Notes: generated by a model from the letters alone, not told the origin. Counted from the first letter of the stretch, positions 50,780 to 61,791 are shown. The stretch: DNA of 64,000 nt from Myxococcota bacterium (GCA_036337435.1 JAYZEG010000010.1:32001-96000), one strand, 5' to 3'. Made by a program: numbers and translations.

Positions 50780-51570
50780 AAATTCGGAAAATTATGGCTG
50801 TCGCCTCAACCTGGGCTTTGACTAAGGTCTTATGGCGGCTGTCTTGTTGACCGAATGTGAATCTCAGTTCACAAGCGGTGCGCGGAAACTGTAAACGGAT
50901 CTTAACAATGCGCTCGCCAAGTGGAGCACAACCTCACGAATGGGTCAGAGACGAGACCGGATTGACCACCGTCTGCGCGTCTAAGAAATCGTCCCTTTTG
51001 TGCTGACACTCGGCATCATCTAAAACCAGCTCTGCAAAATAGATTGCGCCAATTGGACCGCTCTTGATTCTCGATTCACCATCTCAACAGACGTTCGAGC
51101 ACCTGAGCATTGAGCCCAAGGTTCCCTCGGTTTAAAACCGCGGCTGAGTTCGCCCATTGAAAAATCAGAACACGATCGACGTAAACGATATTTGGATAAC
51201 GATGATGAAATTCAAAAAGGTCTGTCAGCGTGAGTGTGTACAAACCGGGCTAGCCACTAAAGACAGGGTCACCCTAAAAAGATGCATTGGTTCCACAGCT
51301 GAATCAGATGAGGCGTTTCTAAGATGAACCCTTGGTCAATCCAGGGTCCAAGACTGAGAATATATCCACAAGCGACATTCATATTCGACTCCCTCGCTTA
51401 CACGCTGACTCAGTAAAAATCAGTACCGAGCTATTGTTTGGGTGCGATGGAGCGATTTTGTTCCAGCCCATAGCGAAATTAGTGATCTCATGAGCTTTTC
51501 CATCCAGATTTGCCATTGTATGCGGCGACAAACTACGGTGAGCAAGCCATAAGCCAGACCATGACGGACC

Positions 51571-52401
51571 TCATTCCTCAAGTCGCGCTCGAACATACTC
51601 GCGAGTTGGGTCATGACCGGTGTCGACCTCGAGAACGGCGATATTTAATGAATTCAATGTCTCCAGATGAGACGGTGATAGCTGCTCGCCGAGCTCTGCC
51701 TTCACTTTGTCGGAAAGAGTGCCGAATGCGGCCATATAAGTCGTGTCTTCGCCGGGTACTTTTTCAGTGAAGATGCGCTTAAACAGCTTTTTAGCGGGTT
51801 GTTTTTCACCCGCGCGAATGTCGTCTACCAAATCATCAATCAGGCTTCCTCCATCGGAGCGCTGTCTTTTGAGGAGAGCAAGTGCCTCTTCTTTACCCGC
51901 ATTGAAAACGTCATTGGCTGCATTAGCCTCCGCGTCGGTCAGGGCTAACTTTTCAATTAACTTGTCCATGGGTGCTTTCCATTGGCCGGCCCAATTTAGT
52001 TCAGATTTCTTCCGCTTTAATTGCTTTATCTTCTCTTCGACAGTCTGCTCAACACGCTTGACCAACTCATCGGAAAGTGCGGCGGACCGCCCGTCAGCGG
52101 ATGGCAGCAGGTCTCTTCTATCCGATGGGTTATCCAACGGACGACCACCTTCATTTTTAAGTAATTTAATCCGTCGTTCGAGTCCGTTTAAGCGGCGATC
52201 AATTTGCCCATTCATTTGGTCGAGCTGTCGATTAAGCAGTCGAACTTCGGCTTCTAAATCGGCCAGACGTTGTGGGTCTATTTCTGCTGATGGTTGAGTT
52301 GGCTGTTGTTTTTCTGTCCTTGGTTTCTCACGGACCATCCAATAGACGAGCCCACCGGAAATCAAGGCGACTAAAGCCAGCTTGCTAAAATGAATCCACA
52401 C
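51571..52401 (-). CDS. Membrane-anchored coiled-coil hypothetical protein
   Basis: AGGAG RBS with GTG start; N-terminal TM segment; heptad pattern LADLEAEVRLLNRQLDQM. Confidence 0.7.
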   Translation of the reverse strand: MWIHFSKLALVALISGGLVYWMVREKPRTEKQQPTQPSAEIDPQRLADLEAEVRLLNRQLDQMNGQIDRRLNGLERRIKLLKNEGGRPLDNPSDRRDLLPSADGRSAALSDELVKRVEQTVEEKIKQLKRKKSELNWAGQWKAPMDKLIEKLALTDAEANAANDVFNAGKEEALALLKRQRSDGGSLIDDLVDDIRAGEKQPAKKLFKRIFTEKVPGEDTTYMAAFGTLSDKVKAELGEQLSPSHLETLNSLNIAVLEVDTGHDPTREYVRARLEE

Positions 52402-52566
52402 GATGGGGCTCTCCTGAGTGTTCGTAGACTGGTTAAAAAACGGTTCAGTGTTCGGATTGACTCACGCGATCAAAACTTAAGACCCATCGGTGTAACAGCA
52501 GCATGCCATCCCCCAATTTCCCTCGATTTCGCAGTCGTTCAACTCGAGGTTGGGCTTTTTGTTACC

Positions 52567-54291
52567 CTAAGGCTGAATGCGCTCAATCAAGGGTTGTTCC
52601 ACAGTCAGGAGCATATCATTGGTTGGCGCACAACCCGCCGCACATCCTTGGATTTGCGCTCTGCACTCATTGTATCGGTCCAATAACTGCTCGAGGTTTT
52701 GCCCAGGACCACCACCATTGCCCCCGCCACAGTCTTCCGGACAGGAACTGCGATGCCGCTCGAGGGCATCGCACAGACCATCTCCACACCAATCAAATCC
52801 ATCCGGGCGATTTACACAATCTCTGGGGCAGAGCCTCGGATTATTTTGTTCCACGGGGTCGCAGACGCCATCGCCACATGGATGTGGTCCTGGGTCCCGA
52901 CCCCCGCCGGCATCTCCGTTCTCGTCTACGCCCGCCGCCATACAGGCAACCAGGTTCTGTTCGCACCGAACACTGCATTGGTCCACGATTCCGAGACAAC
53001 TGACCGTCCAGTCCATGTCCTGTAAAGCTTCGGAATGCCCCCGACCTACATCAGGAAAACTGAGCAGAGTTGCATGGTGTCCCTCACGGACCAGGCGCGT
53101 GTACATGGGTCGAGCCGTTGGGAAAAGAGAGTCGTCTTCATAAGCCATGACACAAACTCGACGCGCCGGGTCCGTCGAGACCGGATAAGCCGGGAAGTAC
53201 TGACACTCATCACATGGTGCGACCCGTCTGCAATCTTGACCGTGTTCCAGAAAAGCAGACCGACGACAAGCACCCTCCATCTGTGGGAGTGGGTCGGTCT
53301 CCCCAGCTACAAAAAGACCTGACCCACCTTGCCATACGCCGGCAATTTCATCGGAAAAACAGATCCCAGCGTAGGCTGCAAACATAGAGTTCTGGCTAAA
53401 TCCACCGGTGAACACCCGTGTCCTATCAACAATGCCCTGGTCTGCTAGGCGACCGATTGTGTCGAGAATGCCTCGCAGATACGGGATGTCTTTTGAGTCT
53501 TCATCAGCGCATGGTGTCGGATTTTGGTCGTTGCTGACACCGTCATTTCCAAAGGTCCAGTTGCCATCTGTCGACGACGCACACACAGCGACGAATCCAT
53601 ACCGATTGGCCGCGTCAATGAGTCCGCTTCGAGATGTGCACCCACCTTGAGCCAGTTGATTTCTGGCATAGCAATTCATCTTAATGTAGACCGGCATCGG
53701 CTCATTGCGATCTGGGGTATAAATCGTAAAGCAGCGCGACTGGCCGTCGACGGTCCATTGATAAGTTGTAAAACCAGCCTCGTTGCTGCAGGGGCATGCA
53801 CCCATTTGTCCGCCCACACAGGCTTGCGGCCCATCGGGATCGGGTTGTTCAACAGGGCCACCGGCACCACCAACGCCACCTGCACCACCGCCACCTGCGC
53901 CCCCTGCGCCACCAACGCCACCAACGCCACCGGCACCACCTGCGCCACCTGCACCACCAACGCCACCTGCGCCCCCTTCGGCTCCGGCACCACCTGCACC
54001 ACCAACGCCACCTACGCCCCCGGCCGCTCCGGCACCACCAACGCCACCTGCGCCACCTCCGGCTCCGGCACCACCAACACCACCCGCGCCTCCGGCACCG
54101 CCTTCAGCACCGGCACCACCAACGCCACCTTCGACTCCGGCCCCCCCGACACCACCGGCGCCAGAGGTCGAGTCGGCTTCCGTGCTTGCGTCTGCCTCAC
54201 TATTGTTCCCACCTGAATCCGATTCAGAGCACGCAAAGAGAACGATGAGGACAAAACAACCAAGTAGTTGGTGAATCGAACGGTATGTCAT
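52567..54291 (-). CDS. Lipoprotein: Gly-rich linker, esterase-like domain, CGDGxC repeats
   Basis: Lipobox LFAC; GGAG repeats; RVFTGGFSQNS; two CGDG(V/L)CD...CPxDC repeats. Confidence 0.8.
   Translation of the reverse strand: MTYRSIHQLLGCFVLIVLFACSESDSGGNNSEADASTEADSTSGAGGVGGAGVEGGVGGAGAEGGAGGAGGVGGAGAGGGAGGVGGAGAAGGVGGVGGAGGAGAEGGAGGVGGAGGAGGAGGVGGVGGAGGAGGGGAGGVGGAGGPVEQPDPDGPQACVGGQMGACPCSNEAGFTTYQWTVDGQSRCFTIYTPDRNEPMPVYIKMNCYARNQLAQGGCTSRSGLIDAANRYGFVAVCASSTDGNWTFGNDGVSNDQNPTPCADEDSKDIPYLRGILDTIGRLADQGIVDRTRVFTGGFSQNSMFAAYAGICFSDEIAGVWQGGSGLFVAGETDPLPQMEGACRRSAFLEHGQDCRRVAPCDECQYFPAYPVSTDPARRVCVMAYEDDSLFPTARPMYTRLVREGHHATLLSFPDVGRGHSEALQDMDWTVSCLGIVDQCSVRCEQNLVACMAAGVDENGDAGGGRDPGPHPCGDGVCDPVEQNNPRLCPRDCVNRPDGFDWCGDGLCDALERHRSSCPEDCGGGNGGGPGQNLEQLLDRYNECRAQIQGCAAGCAPTNDMLLTVEQPLIERIQP
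53860..54160 (-). repeat. Imperfect 9-bp-based tandem repeats encoding GG(A/V)
   Basis: Plus strand runs of gcaccacca/acgccacct/gcgccacct. Confidence 0.85.
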
Positions 54292-54475
54292 GTGAACGCT
54301 CCTGCTGATTTATAGAATGAAGGCCCTGAAGAGACCGGAACGCAGGGGGTGAGTACCCAGGACGCACTCTGCAAAAAGCCGTGTATTGAAAGTGACGCGC
54401 TCTCACTCAGCACGCCAAATTGGATGGCGGGACCGACTTAGTCCCATCCATCGAATACAAAGGCACTCTCTTTAG

Positions 54476-57142
54476 TTAGTCATCGTCTTGACACAGTTGA
54501 TTTAAACCGCTGTTTGGCGGAATACAAACAGACTCGACGCGGCCATCGGAGATATTACAGCAGATAAAGCCGTCCGGACAAGACAGGTCTCGGCAGGGCA
54601 TTAAACAAATGTCACCAACAACACGGGCCAGGTTCGCGCAGGATTCACCGTTTTCGCCTTGAGCACAGTCATCATTATCGTTGCAAAATGGAGCATTTCG
54701 CCGATTGCTAGGCCACGCACTGATCTCCCGTTCTGACCCAGCGAGAACTTCGATGCATTCGCCACGACTGCAGCGGAAGCCTTCATCACAATTGATTGCC
54801 TCACACAACCCTTCGTCCCGAGTGCGATCAATTTCTTCACAGACATCGATTGCATTTTCGTTTGGAATACAGGCATCAATCGTTTGTCCGTCACGCTCAA
54901 AACCCTCGCGACAAAAGTACCCTGCCGGACACGCCCCTGCATCACAGTTGGGCGCGCAAAATCGACTCCCAAAGTTGTCGTTGTAGCGAACGCAAACATC
55001 ACCCTCACTGCAATCGGACTCATCGTCGCACGCCCGACAATTGCCTTCGCTGCATTGACCTGTATCCGGCATACAGAGTTCGCCAAAGTCGCAGTCTATA
55101 TCAGCACAGAGGTCAACGCATTGGTTGTCACGACAAACCTCGGTTTCAGCGCAATCAGCACATGGTGCCGACACGCACCCGTCACATTCACAGATGAGCT
55201 GACGGTTCTGAAAACCACATCGCGTGTCGTTGACTCGGTCGATGCGCTGGACGGAACAATCTTCCGGATTAAACTGAAAAACATCCCAAATGGGTCTGTT
55301 GACGATACCGCGGCCAAGTGCGTCCTCTGGCCCCATAGGCTTCGGTCCGAACAGCACGGGGTCATTGTCACCACAAACAAATGAAACCGTGGCCGTTGCC
55401 TCACCTGAGAAAAGGAGAACACCCACTGTGTACAAACCAGCGTCTGGAGACGCCATGCGAAGGATTTCCTCTGATGCACCGGGCCCACCCCGCGCATCAC
55501 GGTTGAGCCCAGGCGTGCACCAATCAGGTGATAGATTGCCCGGTGCGCAGTCCCATTGGGGGTCCGTATAGCCACTGGCCCGTGGATGCAATAGATGCAG
55601 ATCCAAATCAATCTGCTCATCGGACCGCCATTGCAATGTAATGCGGACTCTGTCGGCCACCTCATCACAGGCATCGCCGACGCCGTCTTGGTCCGCATCC
55701 AGCTGATTTGCGTTAGCGATGTCTAAGCAATTGTCACAGACATCACCGACGCCGTCCTCGTCAACGTCATCATCTTGGTTATTCTCGACGAAGGGGCAGT
55801 TGTCTTCATCGTTTGCAACGCCGTCACCATCAAAATCATCTGCCTCGCAGGCATCACCGATGCCATCTCCGTCGTCATCCGCTTGATTGAAATTAGCCTC
55901 AGCGGGGCAATTGTCGCACGCATCGCCACGGCCATCATCGTCGGTGTCGGTCTGCACTAAATTAAACCGGTCTGGACAATTATCATCGGCATCGGCAATG
56001 GTATCGCCGTCTCGATCAGCGATCTCACAAGCATCCCCCTGACCATCATTATCGGCATCGGCTTGATTGCCATTGGCTACCTCGGGACAATTGTCGCACC
56101 GATCACCAACGCCATCATCATCGGTGTCCTCTTGTCCTGGGTTTGCTCGATCAGGACAGTTGTCTATGCTGTCGAAAACGTCATCGTCGTCACTGTCTAC
56201 ACATGCATCACCGCGACCATCGCCATCAGCATCGGCCTGACCTGGGTTTTCGAGTCCAGGGCAATTATCGCATCGGTCACCGACTCCATCGCCGTCTTCA
56301 TCACGCTGACTGTTATTGGCGACGAACGGACAGTTGTCTTCGGCATTGACAATGCCATCCATGTCCTCGTCTCCATCAGCATCAAGGTCACATGCATCTC
56401 CAGCACCATCGCCATCACTGTCCTCTTGGTCGGGATTGGCAACATCGGGACAATTATCGTCATCGTCTGCAATGCCGTCATCATCGCCATCGGTGATCAT
56501 AGCTCCACCAACACCGCCTGCACCGCCTGCACCGCCTGCACCACCTCCAGCACCTGCACCGCCTGCACCGCCTTCAGCACCTGCGCCGCCTGCACCGCCT
56601 TCAGCACCTGCGCCGCCTGCACCGCCTTCAGCCCCTGCGCCGCCTGCGCCGCCTTCGGCACCTGCGCCGCCTCCACCACCTGCACCACCTGCACCACCTG
56701 CACCGCCTGTGCCGCCTGTGCCGATCTCTGAACACTCGGCGTTCCACCGACACGCGCCAGTCGAATCTTCGACGCACTCAACGGATGGCCCAGAGCCGTC
56801 TGGACAGCTCGCAAAGTCAGGCATTTCGCCACAGTCCTCGGGCTGGCAAGTAGACGCGGCACCATCCTGATCGCCGCCCGAACCGGCTGCGCCGTCGATT
56901 TCAGAACCGATGGGGCCTCCATCGCCGGAGTCGCTGTCCGCACTATTGTCTTCGATGCACCCCACCATGGCCACGCTTAAAATGATTGTGAAAGCCAATG
57001 GTCCAAATCTTAAATACTTCACTGGTCTAAGCCTCCTGAGCGCTGGTATTGCTGTCTTCACGGCCACTTCGTATCCGTCCAAGCTATCCACCGCCAAATC
57101 TGAATGACTCGCAGAGCGACGCACCCGTGTCCCTCCATACAC
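54476..57142 (-). CDS. Thrombospondin type-3 repeat lipoprotein with DLDLH domain and Cys-rich C-terminus (start uncertain)
   Basis: Lipobox MVGC; many DxDxDGxGDxCDNCP repeats; LQW...DLDLHL. Confidence 0.85.
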   Translation of the reverse strand: MYGGTRVRRSASHSDLAVDSLDGYEVAVKTAIPALRRLRPVKYLRFGPLAFTIILSVAMVGCIEDNSADSDSGDGGPIGSEIDGAAGSGGDQDGAASTCQPEDCGEMPDFASCPDGSGPSVECVEDSTGACRWNAECSEIGTGGTGGAGGAGGAGGGGGAGAEGGAGGAGAEGGAGGAGAEGGAGGAGAEGGAGGAGAGGGAGGAGGAGGVGGAMITDGDDDGIADDDDNCPDVANPDQEDSDGDGAGDACDLDADGDEDMDGIVNAEDNCPFVANNSQRDEDGDGVGDRCDNCPGLENPGQADADGDGRGDACVDSDDDDVFDSIDNCPDRANPGQEDTDDDGVGDRCDNCPEVANGNQADADNDGQGDACEIADRDGDTIADADDNCPDRFNLVQTDTDDDGRGDACDNCPAEANFNQADDDGDGIGDACEADDFDGDGVANDEDNCPFVENNQDDDVDEDGVGDVCDNCLDIANANQLDADQDGVGDACDEVADRVRITLQWRSDEQIDLDLHLLHPRASGYTDPQWDCAPGNLSPDWCTPGLNRDARGGPGASEEILRMASPDAGLYTVGVLLFSGEATATVSFVCGDNDPVLFGPKPMGPEDALGRGIVNRPIWDVFQFNPEDCSVQRIDRVNDTRCGFQNRQLICECDGCVSAPCADCAETEVCRDNQCVDLCADIDCDFGELCMPDTGQCSEGNCRACDDESDCSEGDVCVRYNDNFGSRFCAPNCDAGACPAGYFCREGFERDGQTIDACIPNENAIDVCEEIDRTRDEGLCEAINCDEGFRCSRGECIEVLAGSEREISAWPSNRRNAPFCNDNDDCAQGENGESCANLARVVGDICLMPCRDLSCPDGFICCNISDGRVESVCIPPNSGLNQLCQDDD
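56505..56720 (-). repeat. 27-bp tandem repeat encoding GAEGGAGGA
   Basis: About four near-identical units such as cacctgcgccgcctgcaccgccttcag, plus 9-bp subrepeats. Confidence 0.85.
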
Positions 57143-57445
57143 CGTGAGTCTACAGGATGAGTGCGGACCGTCGCTAATTAAATCATCATATTGAATCGAC
57201 TTGACGAAGAATCATGGGCCGACGAATCAACGCCTCGATAAAGTTTGCTCGGCTCGAAGCCGAGGTGCCGTCTGGTCGCGCACATCAAAAGCCACACAAA
57301 ACCTGCCAAACGGTGATGACTTCTGAGGTTTACCTTTTGGAGTCTGTTGGGCAGTAGACGTCGAGAAGAGCGGAAACAAAGGCATAAAAACGATCTTCCC
57401 AGAGCCAGCATTCGATTGCATCGAAAATGGAGATAAACACAAATC

Positions 57446-59254
57446 CTAATCGATGAACTCAAAAGTCGGAATAACAATGCCTGTGGTGATCTGATTGAAG
57501 GGTAGATAAAAGGTGAGCTGCCCATCTGCGTATGTGTAGTTAAAGTTGACCTGACCAGAGTCTGGGCAATCGACAACGATAGGCATAGAGACTGTGTCAG
57601 CTGCGAGTTCTCCGAGTTCGCCTGCGAGGCTAAACCCGACCGCCTGAGTGGCACCACCACCACCCTCGAAGACGGCATTAATGGTGCCGGAGACGTCGAC
57701 AGCGAATCGTCCCGAATCGGTAATCTCCATAACGCCATAGGCGGTCAACTGGGTTTGCTCAAGGTCTAGAATGGCAAGACCGATATCGGCTGAATCGAAG
57801 GCCAATATATAATCAACCAGGCGCCAGCGTCCGGTCGGAAACTCGCCCCCCTGTGCCTCTGGTGGGCTTCTATCCGTCGGTGTACCAATGACTTCGATGG
57901 CCGCGTCGACGACATCGGTCGGTGCACATTGGCCAACGTCGTAGCCTGTCAAAGGCTCACTTTGATTGCATCGCCGCTCGGCCGGTGGTGGTGTGACAAA
58001 CAGAAAATTGTAACACATTTCATCTTGCGTGTAGGGTCCAAACTTGCGGCTTTCAGCAAAGGTATTTTCGAATACGCATTCAGTAACGACTTTGTCTCCA
58101 GGCTCAAGTTGTAGCCCTTGTCCGTCGTAGAAAAGCTGGCTATCAAAGTCCCAGCCCGTAAGAGTAATGAGGTCTTCCTCGGTGCCATCAGCTCGTTGAA
58201 TTGTCGACTTAAGACTGATCCCCAACTCGTGCATATGGGGTAAGGTTGCAATGATAGTCATAGGCTCAGTGACATGACACTGTCCCCCTACAGCCGTCCT
58301 GGTCAGTGGCGGTAGACTAAATCCCTCGGGTCCAATGGTCAGCATATCGATGGTTGGCCCGTCGGGGGGTGAATGAAAGATTCTCACACCGCTCTGATCG
58401 GCCACATCATCATAGCCGGCGGTATTGTTGTAATGAATTTCCAGGAGGTACCGCCGACTAGAGTCCGTCACCAAGCCGCCATCGACAAATTGAACAGGTT
58501 GTTGGCCCGGTGCCCAAGCGTAGATCGCAGCACTGAGATTGGTGCCGCAGTCTGTCTCCAGGCCATCACCGGGGCCCTCGGGCACCTCGTATAAAACGAT
58601 ATGGTGAATGACGCGAGTATCATCAATCACTGGTTCAATCCGGCGAATGTAGCGTTCTCCGCCGGCCGGACCACTGAAAGAAAAGCATGTGTATTGATCG
58701 CGGACGGCTGCTGGGATGTGTCCGTTATCTGCGCGAAATTCCATCAAGGCAGCCTCATCGAGAGGGTCGTCTGCCGGCTCGAAGATGGGTCGAGAAACAT
58801 CGAATCCACCCGGATTCGGACCGGGCATTGGTCTCCCCGTATTATCACCACATGTCGCCCAGTCTAAGACGGCCAATGCCTCATCGGATGGCACGTTTGG
58901 TTGGCCAGCGGGCGGCATGTCGCCGGCCCTCATGCGTTCGACCAATTTGTCGATGGGACGAGACCCGATATCTCCGTCCATCAAGCTGTCATAGTCGAAC
59001 AAACTGTATGGAGCACCGAAAGCAGGTGTATTGCCGTGACAGAGGCCACAGTACGTCTCGATGGTAGGCTTCACAGCCGTCCACTCCGACACGTCGGGCA
59101 CACAGGTCGGCGCGACCATCGCGGAATCCATTGGCTCTCCAATGGAACCGTCAGTGGTGGCCGCCATAGATGAGACATGCGGCGTACTCTGGCAACCGGC
59201 AAAGACGGACATGACGAGAGCTAGCAAGGTCAATAACAACGCGCAATGTTTCAC
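57446..59254 (-). CDS. Cytochrome c domain fused to copper type II ascorbate-dependent monooxygenase-like (PHM/DBH) domain, lipoprotein
   Basis: GTG start at 59254 after AAGGGAG; CGLCH...MPP; IHHIVLY, EIHY, PHMH, DEMC. Confidence 0.85.
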   Translation of the reverse strand: MKHCALLLTLLALVMSVFAGCQSTPHVSSMAATTDGSIGEPMDSAMVAPTCVPDVSEWTAVKPTIETYCGLCHGNTPAFGAPYSLFDYDSLMDGDIGSRPIDKLVERMRAGDMPPAGQPNVPSDEALAVLDWATCGDNTGRPMPGPNPGGFDVSRPIFEPADDPLDEAALMEFRADNGHIPAAVRDQYTCFSFSGPAGGERYIRRIEPVIDDTRVIHHIVLYEVPEGPGDGLETDCGTNLSAAIYAWAPGQQPVQFVDGGLVTDSSRRYLLEIHYNNTAGYDDVADQSGVRIFHSPPDGPTIDMLTIGPEGFSLPPLTRTAVGGQCHVTEPMTIIATLPHMHELGISLKSTIQRADGTEEDLITLTGWDFDSQLFYDGQGLQLEPGDKVVTECVFENTFAESRKFGPYTQDEMCYNFLFVTPPPAERRCNQSEPLTGYDVGQCAPTDVVDAAIEVIGTPTDRSPPEAQGGEFPTGRWRLVDYILAFDSADIGLAILDLEQTQLTAYGVMEITDSGRFAVDVSGTINAVFEGGGGATQAVGFSLAGELGELAADTVSMPIVVDCPDSGQVNFNYTYADGQLTFYLPFNQITTGIVIPTFEFID

Positions 59255-59512
59255 GAAATACTCCCTTTCGATTTCGGACCAGCGTCGCACGGCGGTGCCG
59301 TAAAAATCGCACATAATTCCATTAGCCATTTGAGAGCCCCAGTTCACAGGCTAGTGAATGGTATCGATGATGTAAAAATTGAATCGGCGTTTCGCAGACC
59401 AAGAGACTCGTCGGAGGCTACCAAGAACCATGCTCATGCCATCGAGGGATCGAGTCAAAACTCACAAGGAAAGACAGACAAAAGCCGTGCATCCCTGGAA
59501 TTTCGACGGTGT

Positions 59513-60565
59513 CTACTTGCTTTTGGGTAGACGCGCCTGATGATAGGCTCGGTGTTTCACACGCGTATCTCGCTTCGAGACCATTTGCCATAAGCTCGTG
59601 GTATTAGAGTCTGTCAACCAGGTCCGCAAGTTTTTGAAATCCTGGTACATGTAAGCATAATGTAATGTGCCCCGAGTCTTACAATTTGCACAGGTTTTTG
59701 GCTTTGATTCCGAGCCTTCCCTGTCGATGCTCTCCAGCCACGGTCTGGTTCTCAACACGAGCGAACGCTCGCTGACTGGGAAGCGCAACATGTTATCCCG
59801 ATAGGCCTGCGGAAGACGATGAAAGTATTGCTCACAATTAGAGACGTAAATGACACCCAAATACCGATTAAAGCGTTTGAGTGCATCACCGATTTGGCGC
59901 ATGGTTTTTTGAGCAGTTAAATCACCTCTTACCCTGAACACTCGCCCGGTCCTAAAGAGTTTCACGATATATTGATACTGGTCGATAGAGGTCAAATAGC
60001 TCGCCACTCGCTTCGTCTTGTGAAGGCGAACGAGGCGCTTGAGTTTACCAAGAGTTGCAACTCTTGCCATTCTGTATGCAGCCAATGCCGCTTGCTGTTT
60101 TTGCGTCGTCGAAATGTGTTGCTTGATCAGCGCTTCAACGGTCTTCACATTGCTGCGAGACCAAAATTTGACGAAAGCTGCAGGGTCAGCAGAGTGTTCG
60201 AATGCCAAACGATATACGGCATGTAAATCCACGATGACTTGGTCGAAATCGAGAAGAAAGACCACGTCGGATTGAGCCCAAGGAATAAACTCATAATTTT
60301 GGTTGGTGCCGACTCCAATATAAGCGCCACCAATCCCATTGATGGGCTCCCTCAATAGATGGTGATCTTTCTCATCGCTCACCACATAATGAGAGTTTCT
60401 CGTTAAGGATTTCGGACGTGGATCATGCTCGACCGCTTGATAAGCCGCTCGCTCATCGTCACCCAGCGCAGCCAACTCAACGGGCCCCTTTACCTGGGCA
60501 AAACAGGGACTGAGAAACCCAAAGATGAGCCATAGGGCGCACATATTTACTTCGTTCCTGAACAT
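59513..60565 (-). CDS. Secreted hypothetical protein
   Basis: Signal-like N-terminus; GGAYIGVGTNQNY..LLDFD segment reminiscent of a Rossmann/SAM-binding-like start. Confidence 0.65.
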   Translation of the reverse strand: MFRNEVNMCALWLIFGFLSPCFAQVKGPVELAALGDDERAAYQAVEHDPRPKSLTRNSHYVVSDEKDHHLLREPINGIGGAYIGVGTNQNYEFIPWAQSDVVFLLDFDQVIVDLHAVYRLAFEHSADPAAFVKFWSRSNVKTVEALIKQHISTTQKQQAALAAYRMARVATLGKLKRLVRLHKTKRVASYLTSIDQYQYIVKLFRTGRVFRVRGDLTAQKTMRQIGDALKRFNRYLGVIYVSNCEQYFHRLPQAYRDNMLRFPVSERSLVLRTRPWLESIDREGSESKPKTCANCKTRGTLHYAYMYQDFKNLRTWLTDSNTTSLWQMVSKRDTRVKHRAYHQARLPKSK

Positions 60566-60889
60566 GGAGAATAGATTCCTTAAATTGACTGGGCTAAACA
60601 GTACGCGTCTGACGGGACTTTCATCAAGATTTTTAGCTGTCGTAGATCCCTATCCACCCCGGTTAAGGCGGCACATATATCTGAATCAACGATGCTCATC
60701 ATGACTTGAGTAAACCGGGTTAGGAGGCTGTTGTTGATCAGTTGAATAGAATGTAAAAACAGACCCACCATGTCCTGAGATGAGGGGATATGACAATAGT
60801 AAATGAGTCAAAAACCGCTATGGATCCCCTTGAGATCCACACCCAAATGGGGCATACAGATCGGCAGATAACTAACTTTCGGTAGATTT

Positions 60890-61738
60890 ATGAAAACCAT
60901 CAAGAACCTACTCAAGCTCTGCTTGGTATTCGGTGTCCTTGCACTGACTTACGGCTGCGAAGACGACTCGTCTTCGAGCCCATCCAATGAACAGAATAAC
61001 GACATGGGGCCTACGATAGATGTGGGCGTCGATCCTGATGCGACGCCTGAGGGGGATGCGCAAGCCGCAGATGCTGACTCGGGAGTCACGGTTGACAGCA
61101 TGGCAAGTCACACGGATGCCAGCCAAGTGAACACCGATATGGCCATGGCTGATGCTGAGACAGCTGGACCCATTGGCTCGCAAATCACTGTTCGTAATAC
61201 ACCCGAGATGTGCGAACGTGTTGCGCTGCTCGCACCCAGTCTACCCGCCGAATCAGGTCATTATGTCGCCAGCGTATTTACTCCGCCCGTCTACCCATTT
61301 GCTATTGAAGCCATCGAATATTCCTTGGTCACAAACGATGATGTGGCTACATGCGATGGTTCATTGGCTCATCAAGTATTGCTTTTCGCTCTCGACGCCG
61401 ACTCACCTATGCCAGCCACACCGTCTGCAACAGGTCTGGGGTACCGACCGTATAACGTTCCGGATGCACCGAATTCACAAGCTGGCCGCCGAGTCTCAAT
61501 CACCGTACCGATTCCACTGATTTTGACCGAAGGTCAACGCGCGGCCGTGGCGATTCAGTTCGCCACGCAAGACGATCAGCACATCTGTGTTGCGACCTGT
61601 GAGGTCGACGATGCAGCACGTGGAATCGACTGGTGGTCCAATGCTGAGTCCTCGCCGTTTCGTTGGCAGGACCTGGTCGCCGATTTCGGTCTCACCGGGC
61701 AGGTCATGACTCAAATCATCGGAACAGAAGTTCAATGA
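60890..61738 (+). CDS. Hypothetical lipoprotein
   Basis: Lipobox TYGC; Asp-rich linker; beta-rich C-terminal domain. Confidence 0.75.
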   Translation: MKTIKNLLKLCLVFGVLALTYGCEDDSSSSPSNEQNNDMGPTIDVGVDPDATPEGDAQAADADSGVTVDSMASHTDASQVNTDMAMADAETAGPIGSQITVRNTPEMCERVALLAPSLPAESGHYVASVFTPPVYPFAIEAIEYSLVTNDDVATCDGSLAHQVLLFALDADSPMPATPSATGLGYRPYNVPDAPNSQAGRRVSITVPIPLILTEGQRAAVAIQFATQDDQHICVATCEVDDAARGIDWWSNAESSPFRWQDLVADFGLTGQVMTQIIGTEVQ

Positions 61739-61791
61739 GCCGAGTGCTGAGCGCAGGTGCTGAGCGCAGTACTCAGTCCAGATTTCATCGG

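Noticed and set aside
53524..54274. Pro-rich, His-rich and Thr-rich plus-strand ORFs (also 56063-56870 and 4-354)
   Set aside because: Reverse-strand readings of Gly-repeat or TSP3 coding sequence
61744..61769. Direct repeat GTGCTGAGCGCAG, two copies
   Set aside because: Short local duplication between convergent genes with no associated mobile element
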